Source: Gammaproteobacteria bacterium (GTDB lineage: Bacteria; Pseudomonadota; Gammaproteobacteria; GCA-001735895). Taken from it: a stretch of DNA of 57,814 nucleotides. Both the position numbers and the translations under genes were made by a program. Positions 41,180-51,844 of this stretch are shown one piece after another (positions within the stretch are counted from its first letter, which is position 1; each line of letters starts with the position of its first letter). A model generated the notes under the pieces. It saw nothing but the letters and a program-made list of their open reading frames with translations. It made no database searches and was not told the DNA's origin. The DNA lies in assembly GCA_050298595.1 (NCBI GenBank), contig JBNKUM010000071.1, positions 1 through 57,814 on the forward strand. Reading direction: 5' to 3'.

Positions 41180-42329
41180 AGATACGGTGGAAGAGTTTTG
41201 GACTAGGCAAGTGATCGATAGTTGCAGGGTGAAAGCAAACAATAATTCTATAATTGAATTCTCAAATTTATTTGCTCAATATCTTGATGTAGATGTGAGT
41301 AGGCTGAGTTTTACATCTAGTGGTAGATTTGCTTTAGAGTGGATTTTAAAATCAATTAAAACTGAAAAAAAACAATTTGTTTTAGCTGCGGCTTTTAATT
41401 GCAGTGTGGTAGCCGATGCAATACATAAATCAGGTTTTAAAATTGCCCCTTATGATTTTTCTAACGAGTTTGGAAGGATAGATGAATTTAAACTTGAACA
41501 GCTTCTAAATGAAAATGTGGGCGCAATTATTATCAGCCATTTCTTTGGTGTTCCTGTTGACTTTCGACGGATCATTGAAAAGTGCCATGAGAAAAAAATA
41601 TTTATAATCGAAGATTGTGCCCATACTTTGGGTGGTAAAATCGGCCAATTAAAAGCTGGGACTCTTGGTGATGCATCTATTTTTAGTTTTAATTATGATA
41701 AACCCATTTCTCTAGGTTGGGGAGGTGCATTATTGGTGAATAATCCGTCACTTGTAGATTCTCTTTCTAAAGTGAGTATTAAAATACCTTCAAGGGATTG
41801 TGAGTTTGAACAACTAGTGGAATTTCAACGTGTAATGAAGGTCAGGAGATTAAATATCCCAACAAATGATAGGATTTGGTCTAAATTACTTAGAAAATTA
41901 CGTGTTAAGAAAGCTGTGAGTTTTAATCTGCCTTCTGTAGGGATTGGAGGGCTACGTGCAGAATTAGGAATTTGGCAATTAAAACGTTATCCAGAAATAC
42001 TTCAAATACGCCATAAAAATTCTAAATATATAATTGAAAGCAAAGGTGAGTACACTACATGGTGGGTAGGTAGCGGTATACAACCAGCATGGTTAAAACA
42101 AAAAATTCTTCCTAATAGATTAAATAGTGGGACTCTTATATCAAAAAATCTAAAAAATAAGGGGTTAAGAGTAGGGAATTATAATTGGAAAAAGTTAATC
42201 GGTGTTAACGGTGGGCTTTTCCCTAATGCTGACAAAGTGGCAAATTTTGGAATAGATATTCCGATACACCAGAATATGGGTAAAGAAAATTTAGAGCTAA
42301 TAGTGAACACTATTCGAAATTGTCAATGA
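41163..42329 (+). CDS. Divergent DegT-family PLP-dependent aminotransferase
   Basis: SSGRFAL, SHFFG, IIEDCAH, FSFNYDK (catalytic Lys position), IPIHQ. Confidence 0.75.
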   Translation: MLLSHKDTVEEFWTRQVIDSCRVKANNNSIIEFSNLFAQYLDVDVSRLSFTSSGRFALEWILKSIKTEKKQFVLAAAFNCSVVADAIHKSGFKIAPYDFSNEFGRIDEFKLEQLLNENVGAIIISHFFGVPVDFRRIIEKCHEKKIFIIEDCAHTLGGKIGQLKAGTLGDASIFSFNYDKPISLGWGGALLVNNPSLVDSLSKVSIKIPSRDCEFEQLVEFQRVMKVRRLNIPTNDRIWSKLLRKLRVKKAVSFNLPSVGIGGLRAELGIWQLKRYPEILQIRHKNSKYIIESKGEYTTWWVGSGIQPAWLKQKILPNRLNSGTLISKNLKNKGLRVGNYNWKKLIGVNGGLFPNADKVANFGIDIPIHQNMGKENLELIVNTIRNCQ

Positions 42330-43297
42330 AAGCGTTAACGAATAAAGAAAAGTATAAAAAATTATGTGAATTAGAGGACTCAATTCCAATTTTTTCTCGT
42401 TTTTGGTGGTTAAATGCAGCTTGTGGAGATTCAAATTGGGATGTCGTACTTGTTGAGAAAGGAGGAATAATATTTGGCTCCATGCCTTATATGATAAAAC
42501 AAAAGTTCATGTTTACACTTCTGGTTCAACCACAGTTAACTCAGGTTTTAGGGCCATGGATACGATATCCAGAAAATCAGAAATATGAAAAAAAATTATC
42601 CCATGAAAAAAAAATCATTAGTTCATTGGTAGGTAAACTTCCTCATTTTTCAATGTATAGACAGAGTTTTCATTATAAATATCAAAATTGGTTGCCTTTC
42701 TATTGGCTCGGATTTACTCAAACAACTCGATATACATATGTCATAGAAGATTTGTCGAACACTGATGATATTTGGCTGAATATGCAATCAAGAATTAAGA
42801 CTGATATTAGAAAAGCAACTGATAAATTTGGGTTACAACTTGTTATTTCTTCTGATCTTGATGATTTTTTAAGAGTAAATGCAATGACGTTCTCACGACA
42901 GGGAATTAAAGCTCTATATAGCAATGAATTTGTAAAAAAGCTTGATTTTGCCTGTACGGACAATGACTGTCGAAGAATTTTTCTAGCCAAAGATTCTCAT
43001 GGTCGTATCCATGCAGCTATATATATTATTTGGGATGAGCAGTCCGCATATTATCTGATGGGAGGGGGCGATCCTGAGTTACGCAATAGTGGCGCTACAG
43101 CTTTTCTTATTTGGGAGGCTATAAAATTTTGTGGAGGAGTGACAAAAGCTTTCGATTTTGAAGGCTCTATGCTTGAATCGGTTGAGAATTTTTGTAGGGG
43201 TTTTGGTGCTGTTCAAAAATCATATCATACAGTGAGTAAAATCAATTCAAAGTTGTTAAGGTTTATACTAAAGTGTAAAGAGGCAATTGGCAAATGA
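42326..43297 (+). CDS. GNAT/FemAB-like acyltransferase
   Basis: IPIFSRFWWL, PQLTQVLGP, NWLPFYW.GF.QTTRYTY, YYLMGG.DP..RNSGA, FDFEGSM. Confidence 0.8.
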   Translation: MKALTNKEKYKKLCELEDSIPIFSRFWWLNAACGDSNWDVVLVEKGGIIFGSMPYMIKQKFMFTLLVQPQLTQVLGPWIRYPENQKYEKKLSHEKKIISSLVGKLPHFSMYRQSFHYKYQNWLPFYWLGFTQTTRYTYVIEDLSNTDDIWLNMQSRIKTDIRKATDKFGLQLVISSDLDDFLRVNAMTFSRQGIKALYSNEFVKKLDFACTDNDCRRIFLAKDSHGRIHAAIYIIWDEQSAYYLMGGGDPELRNSGATAFLIWEAIKFCGGVTKAFDFEGSMLESVENFCRGFGAVQKSYHTVSKINSKLLRFILKCKEAIGK

Positions 43298-44676
43298 TTA
43301 GGATTAAAAGCTCTCACGGATGTAAAAATGAAAGAGAGTATATTTTTCGAATATTGTTACATGATTTCCTTGGCTTTTCGTTTGAGCTCATCTATGAAGA
43401 CCGAAGTGATATTGAGTTAAGTTTCGAAGGAAAAAATATTTCAATAGATGATAGTTTTTTTAAAATAGCAGAAAAAAAATGGCTGGATATGATATCTATG
43501 CCTAAAGTACCGCTAGAATACTGGACTAACGATGTTGAATGTATAGATATAAATCTTGTAGAGAACAAGGTGCCGGTTCTGTATGGCTTACCAAGTCTAA
43601 TCTTAAACAGCAAAGGTTGTGATATTGGAATTGATATTTTCGGATCATGTTTTTTTATGCTATCTCGATATGAGGAACTAATTTGCCTGGATCGCGACAA
43701 ACATGATAGATTTCCAGCAGCGTCTTCTGTAGCTTTTCAGCAGGACTTTTTAGGTCGCCCTCTAGTGAATGAGTATTTGGAAATACTGTGGTCGTGTTGT
43801 AAATATTTATGGCCAAATATCGAGCGTAAACCTAGAGAGTTTCAATTTAGAGTGACTGTAGATGTCGATCAGCCGTACAATGCTGGAGTAAAAAGCTTAA
43901 GTAGACAATTAAAGCAAATTGGAGGTGATTTGTTAAAGAAAAAAAGCATTAAAAAAGCATTTTTTAGCGCAATAAATTACTTCAATGCCAAACGCGATGA
44001 CTTCAGGTTTGATCATCAGTTAAGTATGTTTGACTGGATGATGGATATAAATGAGAAGGCAGGAAACAGGATGGATTTTTACTTTATTACGGATCATTCG
44101 GATGAAAAAATGGATGGATGTTACTCGATGGATGAATCCGTTATCAGAAGATTGTTATGCAGAATTAATCACCGTGGGCATTCTATCGGATTGCACCCAA
44201 GTTATCATACATATAAATCTTTCGAACAGTTAAAAAAGGAGGTTTCTATTCTAAGGCGTGCCTTACTTGAAGAGAATATACAGCAGGGTATTTTCGGGGG
44301 AAGGCAGCATTACTTGCGCTGGGATCCTAGTGAAACTGCAAGAAATTGGGCCAGTTTCGACATGAAATTTGATTCAAGTTTAGGGTATGCTGAAAAGGTA
44401 GGGTTCCGTTGTGGCACATGTTATGAATATAACCTTTATGATCTTGTCAATAGGCAAGAGCTGAGCATAAAGGAGCGTCCTCTTATTGTGATGGAAGTGA
44501 CATTATTTAGTGCGTCATATATGGGAATGGGAGTGTCAGACGAAGCATTGAAATGCATGCAAAAAATGAAAAAAATATGTAGATCATTTGATGGGGATTT
44601 TGTCCTACTTTGGCATAATTCTTCATTTCCAAACGAAAAAGCTAAGAATCTATATCATGATATTTGCACTAATTAA
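43294..44676 (+). CDS. Polysaccharide deacetylase family protein
   Basis: DIFGSCFFMLSRYEE, D.HDRF, DVD, IGLHPSY, RQHYLR, GFRCGTC, LLWHN. Confidence 0.82.
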   Translation: MIRIKSSHGCKNEREYIFRILLHDFLGFSFELIYEDRSDIELSFEGKNISIDDSFFKIAEKKWLDMISMPKVPLEYWTNDVECIDINLVENKVPVLYGLPSLILNSKGCDIGIDIFGSCFFMLSRYEELICLDRDKHDRFPAASSVAFQQDFLGRPLVNEYLEILWSCCKYLWPNIERKPREFQFRVTVDVDQPYNAGVKSLSRQLKQIGGDLLKKKSIKKAFFSAINYFNAKRDDFRFDHQLSMFDWMMDINEKAGNRMDFYFITDHSDEKMDGCYSMDESVIRRLLCRINHRGHSIGLHPSYHTYKSFEQLKKEVSILRRALLEENIQQGIFGGRQHYLRWDPSETARNWASFDMKFDSSLGYAEKVGFRCGTCYEYNLYDLVNRQELSIKERPLIVMEVTLFSASYMGMGVSDEALKCMQKMKKICRSFDGDFVLLWHNSSFPNEKAKNLYHDICTN

Positions 44677-44729
44677 TATCATAAATATAGATTGATTAAG
44701 CTTATGTTTAGATTATTTATCTGCCAGAT

Positions 44730-46016
44730 ATGAAACGATTGAATGTAAAATCGCTACTTACATTTGTCTTATTGATAATGGTAATTCGATTATTTCTTGA
44801 TCTTAACTACATCTATTTAATTAGTCCTCATCTAAGTTATGCGGGACTTGAATTGAATATAAATTTCGCGAAGCTTTATTGGTCGTATTTTATTTTATTA
44901 GGGGTCGCTGCGATAATCAAAAAAGATGATTTGTCGCCTTCTTCTTTCGGAATATTGATCTTAACGACTTTTATCGTAATTCCGGTTACCTCGTTGTGGG
45001 CGCTAAATAACCAAACGAATGGGATGTTATATATAGTAGTAATGTCGATTTTTGTAGTAAGGCTTATGGTATCGGGAAAAAACCTGAAACTGCCTCAAGT
45101 CAAGAATGGAAGATTTTTCTTTTTAATTATTGCAGCTGTAATTACATTATCTTTTTTTATTCCGCTTATTGCCAAAGGCGGATTGAACCATATTAATTTT
45201 TCTATTCAAGGTACTTATGATAGGCGTGATTATTTCTATTCTAACTTGGCTAATGGATACACCGGTTATTTCATGGCGTGGTTCGCTAAGATAATAAATC
45301 CTGCGCTGATTGCTTATTTTCTTCTCAGACGTAAGTTCTACTTAGTGGCGCTGCTGTTTGGTTTACAGGTACTTGAGTATTCTATGACAACTTTAAAAGC
45401 GCATTTACTTTTCCCAATGTTTGTTTTTTTTGTCTTTTATGTACTATCTAAACAAGGGGATATTAAAAAATGGTTTTTATTTTCAATACTACTGATAACT
45501 TTACTTTGTCTTCTAGTAGGTGGTTTAAGCGAGAATATAATATTAATATCATTAATTTCGAGAGCTTTTTATTCAATTGCTCAAAATCATTTTGACTACT
45601 ATACTTTTTTTCAAACCAATGACTTTGTATTTTGGACAAATAGTTTTTTTAATCCTTTCTATACTTATAGTTATAATAAACCAATAGCTGCGATTATAGG
45701 TTCTGGGCGTTATGAAGAAGGGGTTGATGCATTTGCTAATGCGGGTTTTATAGCTTCAGGGTATTCGCATTTAGGGGCTGCGGGTGTGCTGCTGTATTCA
45801 ATGATTTTAGGTGCAATATTGAAGTTATTTGACAGTTTGGCTAAATATGTGCCGCAAGCTTTTGGTTTGTCCATTTCAGGCCTTGCTATTATTCAACTCG
45901 TGAACACTGATTTGACTACAGCCTTATTAACACACGGTATTATAATAGCACTGTTAGTGTTGTTTTTGGTGGGCTCTTCATCTGGAGTTAATATGAGGAG
46001 ATTTTCTTTTCATTGA
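44730..46016 (+). CDS. wzy: Putative Wzy O-antigen polymerase
   Basis: 428 aa, about 11 TM segments with a large late loop (ANAGFIASGY..LG), very AT-rich, located in the locus. Confidence 0.7.
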   Translation: MKRLNVKSLLTFVLLIMVIRLFLDLNYIYLISPHLSYAGLELNINFAKLYWSYFILLGVAAIIKKDDLSPSSFGILILTTFIVIPVTSLWALNNQTNGMLYIVVMSIFVVRLMVSGKNLKLPQVKNGRFFFLIIAAVITLSFFIPLIAKGGLNHINFSIQGTYDRRDYFYSNLANGYTGYFMAWFAKIINPALIAYFLLRRKFYLVALLFGLQVLEYSMTTLKAHLLFPMFVFFVFYVLSKQGDIKKWFLFSILLITLLCLLVGGLSENIILISLISRAFYSIAQNHFDYYTFFQTNDFVFWTNSFFNPFYTYSYNKPIAAIIGSGRYEEGVDAFANAGFIASGYSHLGAAGVLLYSMILGAILKLFDSLAKYVPQAFGLSISGLAIIQLVNTDLTTALLTHGIIIALLVLFLVGSSSGVNMRRFSFH

Positions 46017-46310
46017 GATGTTCTAAGGTGGTGATTAGTTTCTTCTGTTTAGCTACGCTCATGAGCAACTGTATCTGAGACTATATTTATGGAATTTGAG
46101 TACGAGGCCTGTTTTCAGTGTTAAATCTCTTGGGGGGTACTAACAGCAGCTTGCTGCGAATAGATATGTAGCTATGCGAAGCGTGTGTATTTCACTTAAT
46201 ACCTGTCTGCTTGTTGTGTGGGCTTTAATTCAATCAAATAATGTTTTGCCAAGTCTGTTTCAACTGAGTAGCTAACATTCTGGAGAGCAAAGCAAAATAG
46301 TTATTCATTG

Positions 46311-46907
46311 GTAAATCCCTAGCTCAGTTGGGGGGGCGCATAGGTTTGACCGAGACGACAGCCATAGTAATGTCTTTGCTCGAGTAAAAGTAAAGAGGAA
46401 AGAACCTATGCGAGATTATAAGAGTTTGTCCCATACCTATTGGGGTTGTAAATACTATGTTGTGTTTATCCCAAAGAAAAGGCAAAAATTGATATTTGGA
46501 TCGATATCTAAATATCTGGGAAATACATTTCACGAACTGGCTAAACGTAAAGGGATAGTGATCGAGGAAGGGCATTTAATGAAAGATCATGTCTAAATGT
46601 GTATAAGTGTTCCACCCAAATATGCTGTATCAAATGTAGTTGGTTACCTGAAAGGTAAAAGTGCCATAACAATAGCAAAGAAATTTCGAGGTAGACAGCG
46701 AGATTTTAATGGGGATCATTTCTAGGCGTGCGGTTTTAATGTTTCAACAGTGGGCCTGGATGAATAAATGGTTCTTGAGTATATTAGGAATCAGGAAAAG
46801 AGGATGAGTATCGGATTAGTTAAGACCTGGAATATAGGGCACCTTGGGTGCTTACTTAAGCCCTTTGAGGGTGTAACCCAATAAACCTCTCTGCCGGAGG
46901 TCATTTA
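46311..46907 (+). mobile_element. tnpA: IS200/IS605 family element with inactivated tnpA
   Basis: MRDYKSLSHT.W.CKYYVVFIPK; DHV* (HuH motif broken by stop at 46594); PPKYAVS.VVGYLKGKS; further stops at 46723 and 46765; YIRNQ; end hairpins. Confidence 0.92.
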
Positions 46908-46929
46908 ATTTATCATCAATGGAGCATGA

Positions 46930-48057
46930 ATGAACTTAACAGTCATTACTTCAATTCACCCTGATTATGATGCGAGAATATGGAAGCACTGCCAAACATG
47001 TAAGCGGCTAGGTTATCAAGTAACTTTGTTATGTCAGTGGGATAGCATTGAGTCTAAAGAAGTAGTTTTAGATGGAATCAAGATAGTTAGTTATGGAAAG
47101 GTTGGTAAACGCCCTTTGAGGATGATAAGGAATAACTTCAAAGTTTTGAAAGCTATCATGTCATCTGCTAAATCTGACTTATATCACTTCCATGATATAG
47201 ATATTTTACCCGTTATGACCCTTTTCTCTTTTTTTATGACTGTCGTCTATGATATACATGAAAATTACCCAGAGGAAATGTTAGAAAGATATTGGATACC
47301 TGTTAGATTAAGAAAGCCTTTATTTTATCTTGTTTGGTTTATGCAGTATCTTTCAGTAAAAAAAATTCAAAATGTAGTATTGGTTTCTGAATCTCAGGAA
47401 AAAAGGTTACCCGACAAAGGTATAAAAAAAATATATATTTATAATTATGCCAGTAAGAACGTGTTTGCAAATAACGTAGCAGTTGAACCAGAGCCTTTCT
47501 ATGATTTTGTTTTTACTGCTTCCCAATATCGCGAGAATGGCATTGAATTATTAATTGAAGCGGTTGATATAATCAAAAGCTCAGATAAAAAACTAAGTAT
47601 TTTTGTGGCTGACCGCTTTAAGTCGGATGAATATCGAAAATTAATTTTCAATAAAATAGAAAATTTAAAACTACAAGCTTATATTACCTTTTTTCAAAAT
47701 GCCTTGCCCCATGAATTACCAGTTTTGCTCTCAAAATGTAAAGTAGGTCTGGTGCTAGACCTTCCTAGTCAACGACGTTTAATGGCTATCCCAACTAAAA
47801 TATTTGAATATTATGCGGCAGGGCTCAAAGTTATTGGTAGTGATTTACCCAATAATAAACGGTTTATTAATGAAGCAAGATTAGGCTCTATATTTAAGGC
47901 TGGCGATGCTGATTCGTTAGCTAAAAAAATGTTAGAGGTGATGTCACAACCTGTTGATCGAGATGGTATTAAACAGATTTTTGAAGATAATTATAGCTGG
48001 GAATCTCAGGATAATATTTATGAGGAGTATTATCGACAATGCTTAAATATCATGTAA
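46930..48057 (+). CDS. Family 4 glycosyltransferase
   Basis: TSIH..YDARI, YHFHD, YDIHE, PTKIFEYYAAG..VIGSD, YSWE. Confidence 0.88.
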   Translation: MNLTVITSIHPDYDARIWKHCQTCKRLGYQVTLLCQWDSIESKEVVLDGIKIVSYGKVGKRPLRMIRNNFKVLKAIMSSAKSDLYHFHDIDILPVMTLFSFFMTVVYDIHENYPEEMLERYWIPVRLRKPLFYLVWFMQYLSVKKIQNVVLVSESQEKRLPDKGIKKIYIYNYASKNVFANNVAVEPEPFYDFVFTASQYRENGIELLIEAVDIIKSSDKKLSIFVADRFKSDEYRKLIFNKIENLKLQAYITFFQNALPHELPVLLSKCKVGLVLDLPSQRRLMAIPTKIFEYYAAGLKVIGSDLPNNKRFINEARLGSIFKAGDADSLAKKMLEVMSQPVDRDGIKQIFEDNYSWESQDNIYEEYYRQCLNIM

Positions 48058-48560
48058 AGAAATATTTGAGGTTAATATTAAATATATATTTGTTCAAAAT
48101 GAAATACCGTTGGGTAGATTGCAGCTTATTTAATGTAGTGCATCCATCTGTATATATATTTACCCCTAACAAAAAATTTGACTGTAAAGGGAGAGTAGGT
48201 ATTGGAAGGAATTGTATTTTTCAAACGGATATTTCTATCGGTCACGATGTTATGGTTGCTGCTAATTGTGCATTCATAGCAAGAGATGCCCATAAATATA
48301 ATGTAGTGGGTAAAAGTATGATGAACTCGGGTCGTGGGGATGTTTTTGATATCACCCTGGAGGACGATGTTTGGGTCGGTTTGGGTGCAATTATTTTATC
48401 GGGTGTAACAATTGGTAGAGGTGCGATTATTGCATCAGGGTCAGTAGTAACTAAAGATGTGGCGCCTTATGCAATAGTTGCCGGAAATCCTGCAAAGTTT
48501 GTAAAGAAAAGGTTTAATGATGAAGAAATTCTTCGACATGAACAATTATTATTAGGGTGA
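48039..48560 (+). CDS. Hexapeptide O-acetyltransferase
   Basis: EDDVWVG.GAIILSGVTIGRGAIIASGSVVTKDV.PY.IVAGNPAK. Confidence 0.85.
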   Translation: MLKYHVKKYLRLILNIYLFKMKYRWVDCSLFNVVHPSVYIFTPNKKFDCKGRVGIGRNCIFQTDISIGHDVMVAANCAFIARDAHKYNVVGKSMMNSGRGDVFDITLEDDVWVGLGAIILSGVTIGRGAIIASGSVVTKDVAPYAIVAGNPAKFVKKRFNDEEILRHEQLLLG

Positions 48561-48567
48561 ATAAAAT

Positions 48568-49584
48568 ATGATTTATTTGATTACAGGTGGCACAGGGTCA
48601 TTCGGAAAAACCGTCACCAATTTTTTGTTGGAAAGTGATGATACTGCCGAAGTTCGGATTTTTAGCAGGGACGAAGCTAAGCAAGATCTTATGCGGACCG
48701 ATTATATGAATGATTCACGGGTCAAATTCTATATCGGTGATGTACGTGAATACCAAAGTATTTACAGTGCTTTGCATGGTGTTCATTATGTGTTTCATGC
48801 AGCAGCATTAAAGCAGGTGCCTTCCTGTGAATTCTTTCCTATTCAGGCTGTTCAGACGAACATTATTGGTAGTGATAATGTACTTCGTTCCGCAATTGCC
48901 CAGGGAGTTAAACGAGTTGTTTGCCTTAGTACAGATAAAGCAGTTTATCCAATTAATGCTATGGGTATCAGCAAAGCGATGATGGAAAAAGTTGCTCAAT
49001 CCTATGCTCGACAGGATAACCATAGTGAAACAGTTATTTGTTCGGTTCGTTATGGCAATGTAATGTATTCCCGAGGTTCAGTAATACCCCGTTTTATCGA
49101 TCAGATCAGGAATGATAAGCCTATCACAATTACTGAACCAACTATGACTCGGTTTTTGATGGCGCTTTCCGAATCGGTTGATCTAGTCAACCATGCCTTT
49201 CACCATGGTAAACAAGGTGATATTTTCATAAAAAAAGCACCTGCCTGTACGGTCGCCGACTTGGCCCGGGCTGTGAAAGAGTTATTCAAATCCGATGCAG
49301 AGATCAAGATCATTGGGATTCGTCATGGCGAAAAACTCTACGAGACATTGGCGTCTAAGGAGGAACTAGTTACAGCTGAAGATATGGGCGGATATTTTCG
49401 TGTTCAAATGGATTCACGTGATCTTAACTATGAAAAATACTTTACAGATGGCAATGCTGAAGAAGTCAACTTCGACGATTATCATTCGCATAATACTGAA
49501 CAATTGAATATTGAGCAGGTTAAGCAGTTGCTTTTAACTCTACCAGAGGTGCGTGCTGAGCTCGAAATGGTGAATGCTTCATGA
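48568..49584 (+). CDS. fnlA: UDP-GlcNAc 4,6-dehydratase/5-epimerase (FnlA/CapE/WbjB)
   Basis: GGTGSFG, FSRDE.KQ, AAALKQVPSCEF, STDKAVYPINAMG.SK, RYGNV..SRGSV, YHSHNT. Confidence 0.93.
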   Translation: MIYLITGGTGSFGKTVTNFLLESDDTAEVRIFSRDEAKQDLMRTDYMNDSRVKFYIGDVREYQSIYSALHGVHYVFHAAALKQVPSCEFFPIQAVQTNIIGSDNVLRSAIAQGVKRVVCLSTDKAVYPINAMGISKAMMEKVAQSYARQDNHSETVICSVRYGNVMYSRGSVIPRFIDQIRNDKPITITEPTMTRFLMALSESVDLVNHAFHHGKQGDIFIKKAPACTVADLARAVKELFKSDAEIKIIGIRHGEKLYETLASKEELVTAEDMGGYFRVQMDSRDLNYEKYFTDGNAEEVNFDDYHSHNTEQLNIEQVKQLLLTLPEVRAELEMVNAS

Positions 49585-50690
49585 AAATCGGTATCACTGG
49601 TGCAAATGGTTTTATCGCCTGGCATCTGAGGTGCTATCTGCATTCGCTTAAAGGTGAGGTCAGTGAAGTGCGTCTTGCTGATCGAGTAGTGTTTGCTCAA
49701 TCGGAAACACTAGCAAAATTTACTCAGGGGCTCGATTACATCGTACATTTGGCGGGTGTTAACCGGACAAATGATCATGAACTTATGGAAGGTAATGTAA
49801 CACCTGCCAATCAACTGGTTGCCGCGTTGAAGGCTTGTGATTCAACGGCTACCGTTTTGTACTCTTCGTCCTCACACGCCACCAATCCGGTTACGGTTTA
49901 TGGGCAGGCTAAAAAAGCAGTTACTGATATTATTCGTGAATGGGCCGATCACTGTGGTGGTAAGTTTATTAATCTGATCATTCCTCATGTTTTTGGTGAG
50001 TATGGTCAACCTTTCTATAATTCGGGTGTCGCCACTTTCTGTCATCAACTAGTAAAAGGTGAAAGGCCCGAAGTCAATCCGAATGGAAAGCTTGAACTTA
50101 TCCATGTACAGGACTTGGTTTCGCTGATGGTGTCTCTGTTGAAACAGGGAATGGACGGTGAATTTAAAGCTGAGGGTTATTCGATTGGTGTACCGGAGGT
50201 TGTTTCCAGGCTGAGCAATCTGTTGCAAACTTATCTAGATAAGATGCAGATTCCCGACCTGAAAGATGAATTCGACCGCAGGCTTTTCAATACCCTAAGA
50301 TCCTATATTCCAAACGAGACTCGTAAACGGATGGCCACTTTGCATTGCGATAACCGGGGATGGCTGGTAGAAACAGTCAGAGCTGAATCAGGAGGTCAAT
50401 GCTTCGTGTCTTCGACCCATCCGGGTATAACAAGGGGCAATCATTATCATCGTTTCAAGGTTGAACGCTTTTTCGTGTTGCAGGGTAAGGCCGAAATACG
50501 ATTGCGAAAACTGTTTACGGATGAGGTTATCCGTTATGAGGTGGATGGCGATCATCCTGGTTTTGTTGATATGCCCTCTTTACACACGCATAGTATTACC
50601 AATATTGGTAATGATGAGTTGATCACCCTTTTTTGGGCGGATGAATTTTTTGACCCGCACAACCCAGATACCTTTGTTGAGGAAGTTTAG
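49581..50690 (+). CDS. fnlB: SDR-cupin bifunctional epimerase/reductase (FnlB/CapF/WbjC)
   Basis: GANGFI, HLAGVNR, PFYNS.VATFC, cupin PGITRGNHYH..K.E.F, PDT. Confidence 0.9.
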   Translation: MKIGITGANGFIAWHLRCYLHSLKGEVSEVRLADRVVFAQSETLAKFTQGLDYIVHLAGVNRTNDHELMEGNVTPANQLVAALKACDSTATVLYSSSSHATNPVTVYGQAKKAVTDIIREWADHCGGKFINLIIPHVFGEYGQPFYNSGVATFCHQLVKGERPEVNPNGKLELIHVQDLVSLMVSLLKQGMDGEFKAEGYSIGVPEVVSRLSNLLQTYLDKMQIPDLKDEFDRRLFNTLRSYIPNETRKRMATLHCDNRGWLVETVRAESGGQCFVSSTHPGITRGNHYHRFKVERFFVLQGKAEIRLRKLFTDEVIRYEVDGDHPGFVDMPSLHTHSITNIGNDELITLFWADEFFDPHNPDTFVEEV

Positions 50691-51841
50691 TGAAAAAACT
50701 GAAGGTTTTAACTATTTTGGGCACTAGGCCTGAAATTATCCGTCTTGCTTCGGTTATGTCTGCTTTGGAAAAGCATTGCCACCATGTGCTAGTCCACACT
50801 GGTCAGAACTATGATTATGTGCTGAATCAGGTATTTTTTGAAGAGCTTGGTGTTCGTCAGCCGGATTACTTTCTGGATGTTGACACTTCATCGCTAGGAA
50901 AGTTACTGGGAAATATTTTAATAAAAACTGAAGAGGTTTTATTGAAAGAAAAGCCAGATGCGGTGCTGGTTCTAGGTGATACAAATAGTGCGATTGGTAT
51001 TCTTATGGCTAAGCGTATGAAAATACCAACTTATCACATGGAGGCCGGAAACCGCTGTTTTGATGCCAATGTTCCAGAGGAAACCAACCGAAAAATGGTT
51101 GATCATCTATCGGACTTTAATCTGGTTTATACTGAAAATGCACGGCGTAACCTGATTGCTGAAGGCTTGCATTCCAGGTTTACCTATATGACGGGTTCCC
51201 CCATGCGTGAGGTTCTAGAACACCATTTGGAATCTATTGGCAATTCAAACGTATTAAAGGAACTTGGTCTGAAAGACAAACAGTATTTTATTGTTAGCGT
51301 CCATCGGGAAGAAAATGTGGACTCAAGGGGAAATTTCCAGAAAGTCGTTGCCTGCCTTAAGTCTATCTCATCGCACCACCAAATCCCTGTAGTAGTCTCA
51401 ACTCATCCTCGAACCAAAGCAAGACTTGAGGCACTGGATGAAAACATGGAAGGTCATGATATTCGCTTTCTGGAACCTTTCGGTTTCTTTGATTATAATA
51501 AACTTCAAATGTCTGCTTTTTGTGCAATATCTGATAGTGGAACAATTAGTGAGGAGTCAGCAATTCTTAATTTTCCAGCGGTGACTATCCGTAAATCAAT
51601 CGAACGACCTGAGTCGCTTGATAAGGGTTCAATTGTTCTGACTGGTCTTGACCCTGATACCCTTCTTCAATCTATAGATATTGTAGTTAATGAGGCGAGT
51701 GAGTATCCAAGGCGAGAGATTCCTGAAGAATACAAGGTGGCGAATACTTCATTGCGTGTACTGAAGTTGATTACGGGGACAGCCAAATTGACTCCCGAAT
51801 GGCGGGGGTTAGACAACTTCAGTCGTTATGATTGGGACTAA
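50690..51841 (+). CDS. fnlC: Non-hydrolysing 2-epimerase (FnlC/CapG/WbjD)
   Basis: GTRPEIIRL, HTGQNYD, LGDTNS, HMEAGNRCFD..VPEE.NR, SDSGTISEE. Confidence 0.92.
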   Translation: MKKLKVLTILGTRPEIIRLASVMSALEKHCHHVLVHTGQNYDYVLNQVFFEELGVRQPDYFLDVDTSSLGKLLGNILIKTEEVLLKEKPDAVLVLGDTNSAIGILMAKRMKIPTYHMEAGNRCFDANVPEETNRKMVDHLSDFNLVYTENARRNLIAEGLHSRFTYMTGSPMREVLEHHLESIGNSNVLKELGLKDKQYFIVSVHREENVDSRGNFQKVVACLKSISSHHQIPVVVSTHPRTKARLEALDENMEGHDIRFLEPFGFFDYNKLQMSAFCAISDSGTISEESAILNFPAVTIRKSIERPESLDKGSIVLTGLDPDTLLQSIDIVVNEASEYPRREIPEEYKVANTSLRVLKLITGTAKLTPEWRGLDNFSRYDWD

Positions 51842-51844
51842 TGG

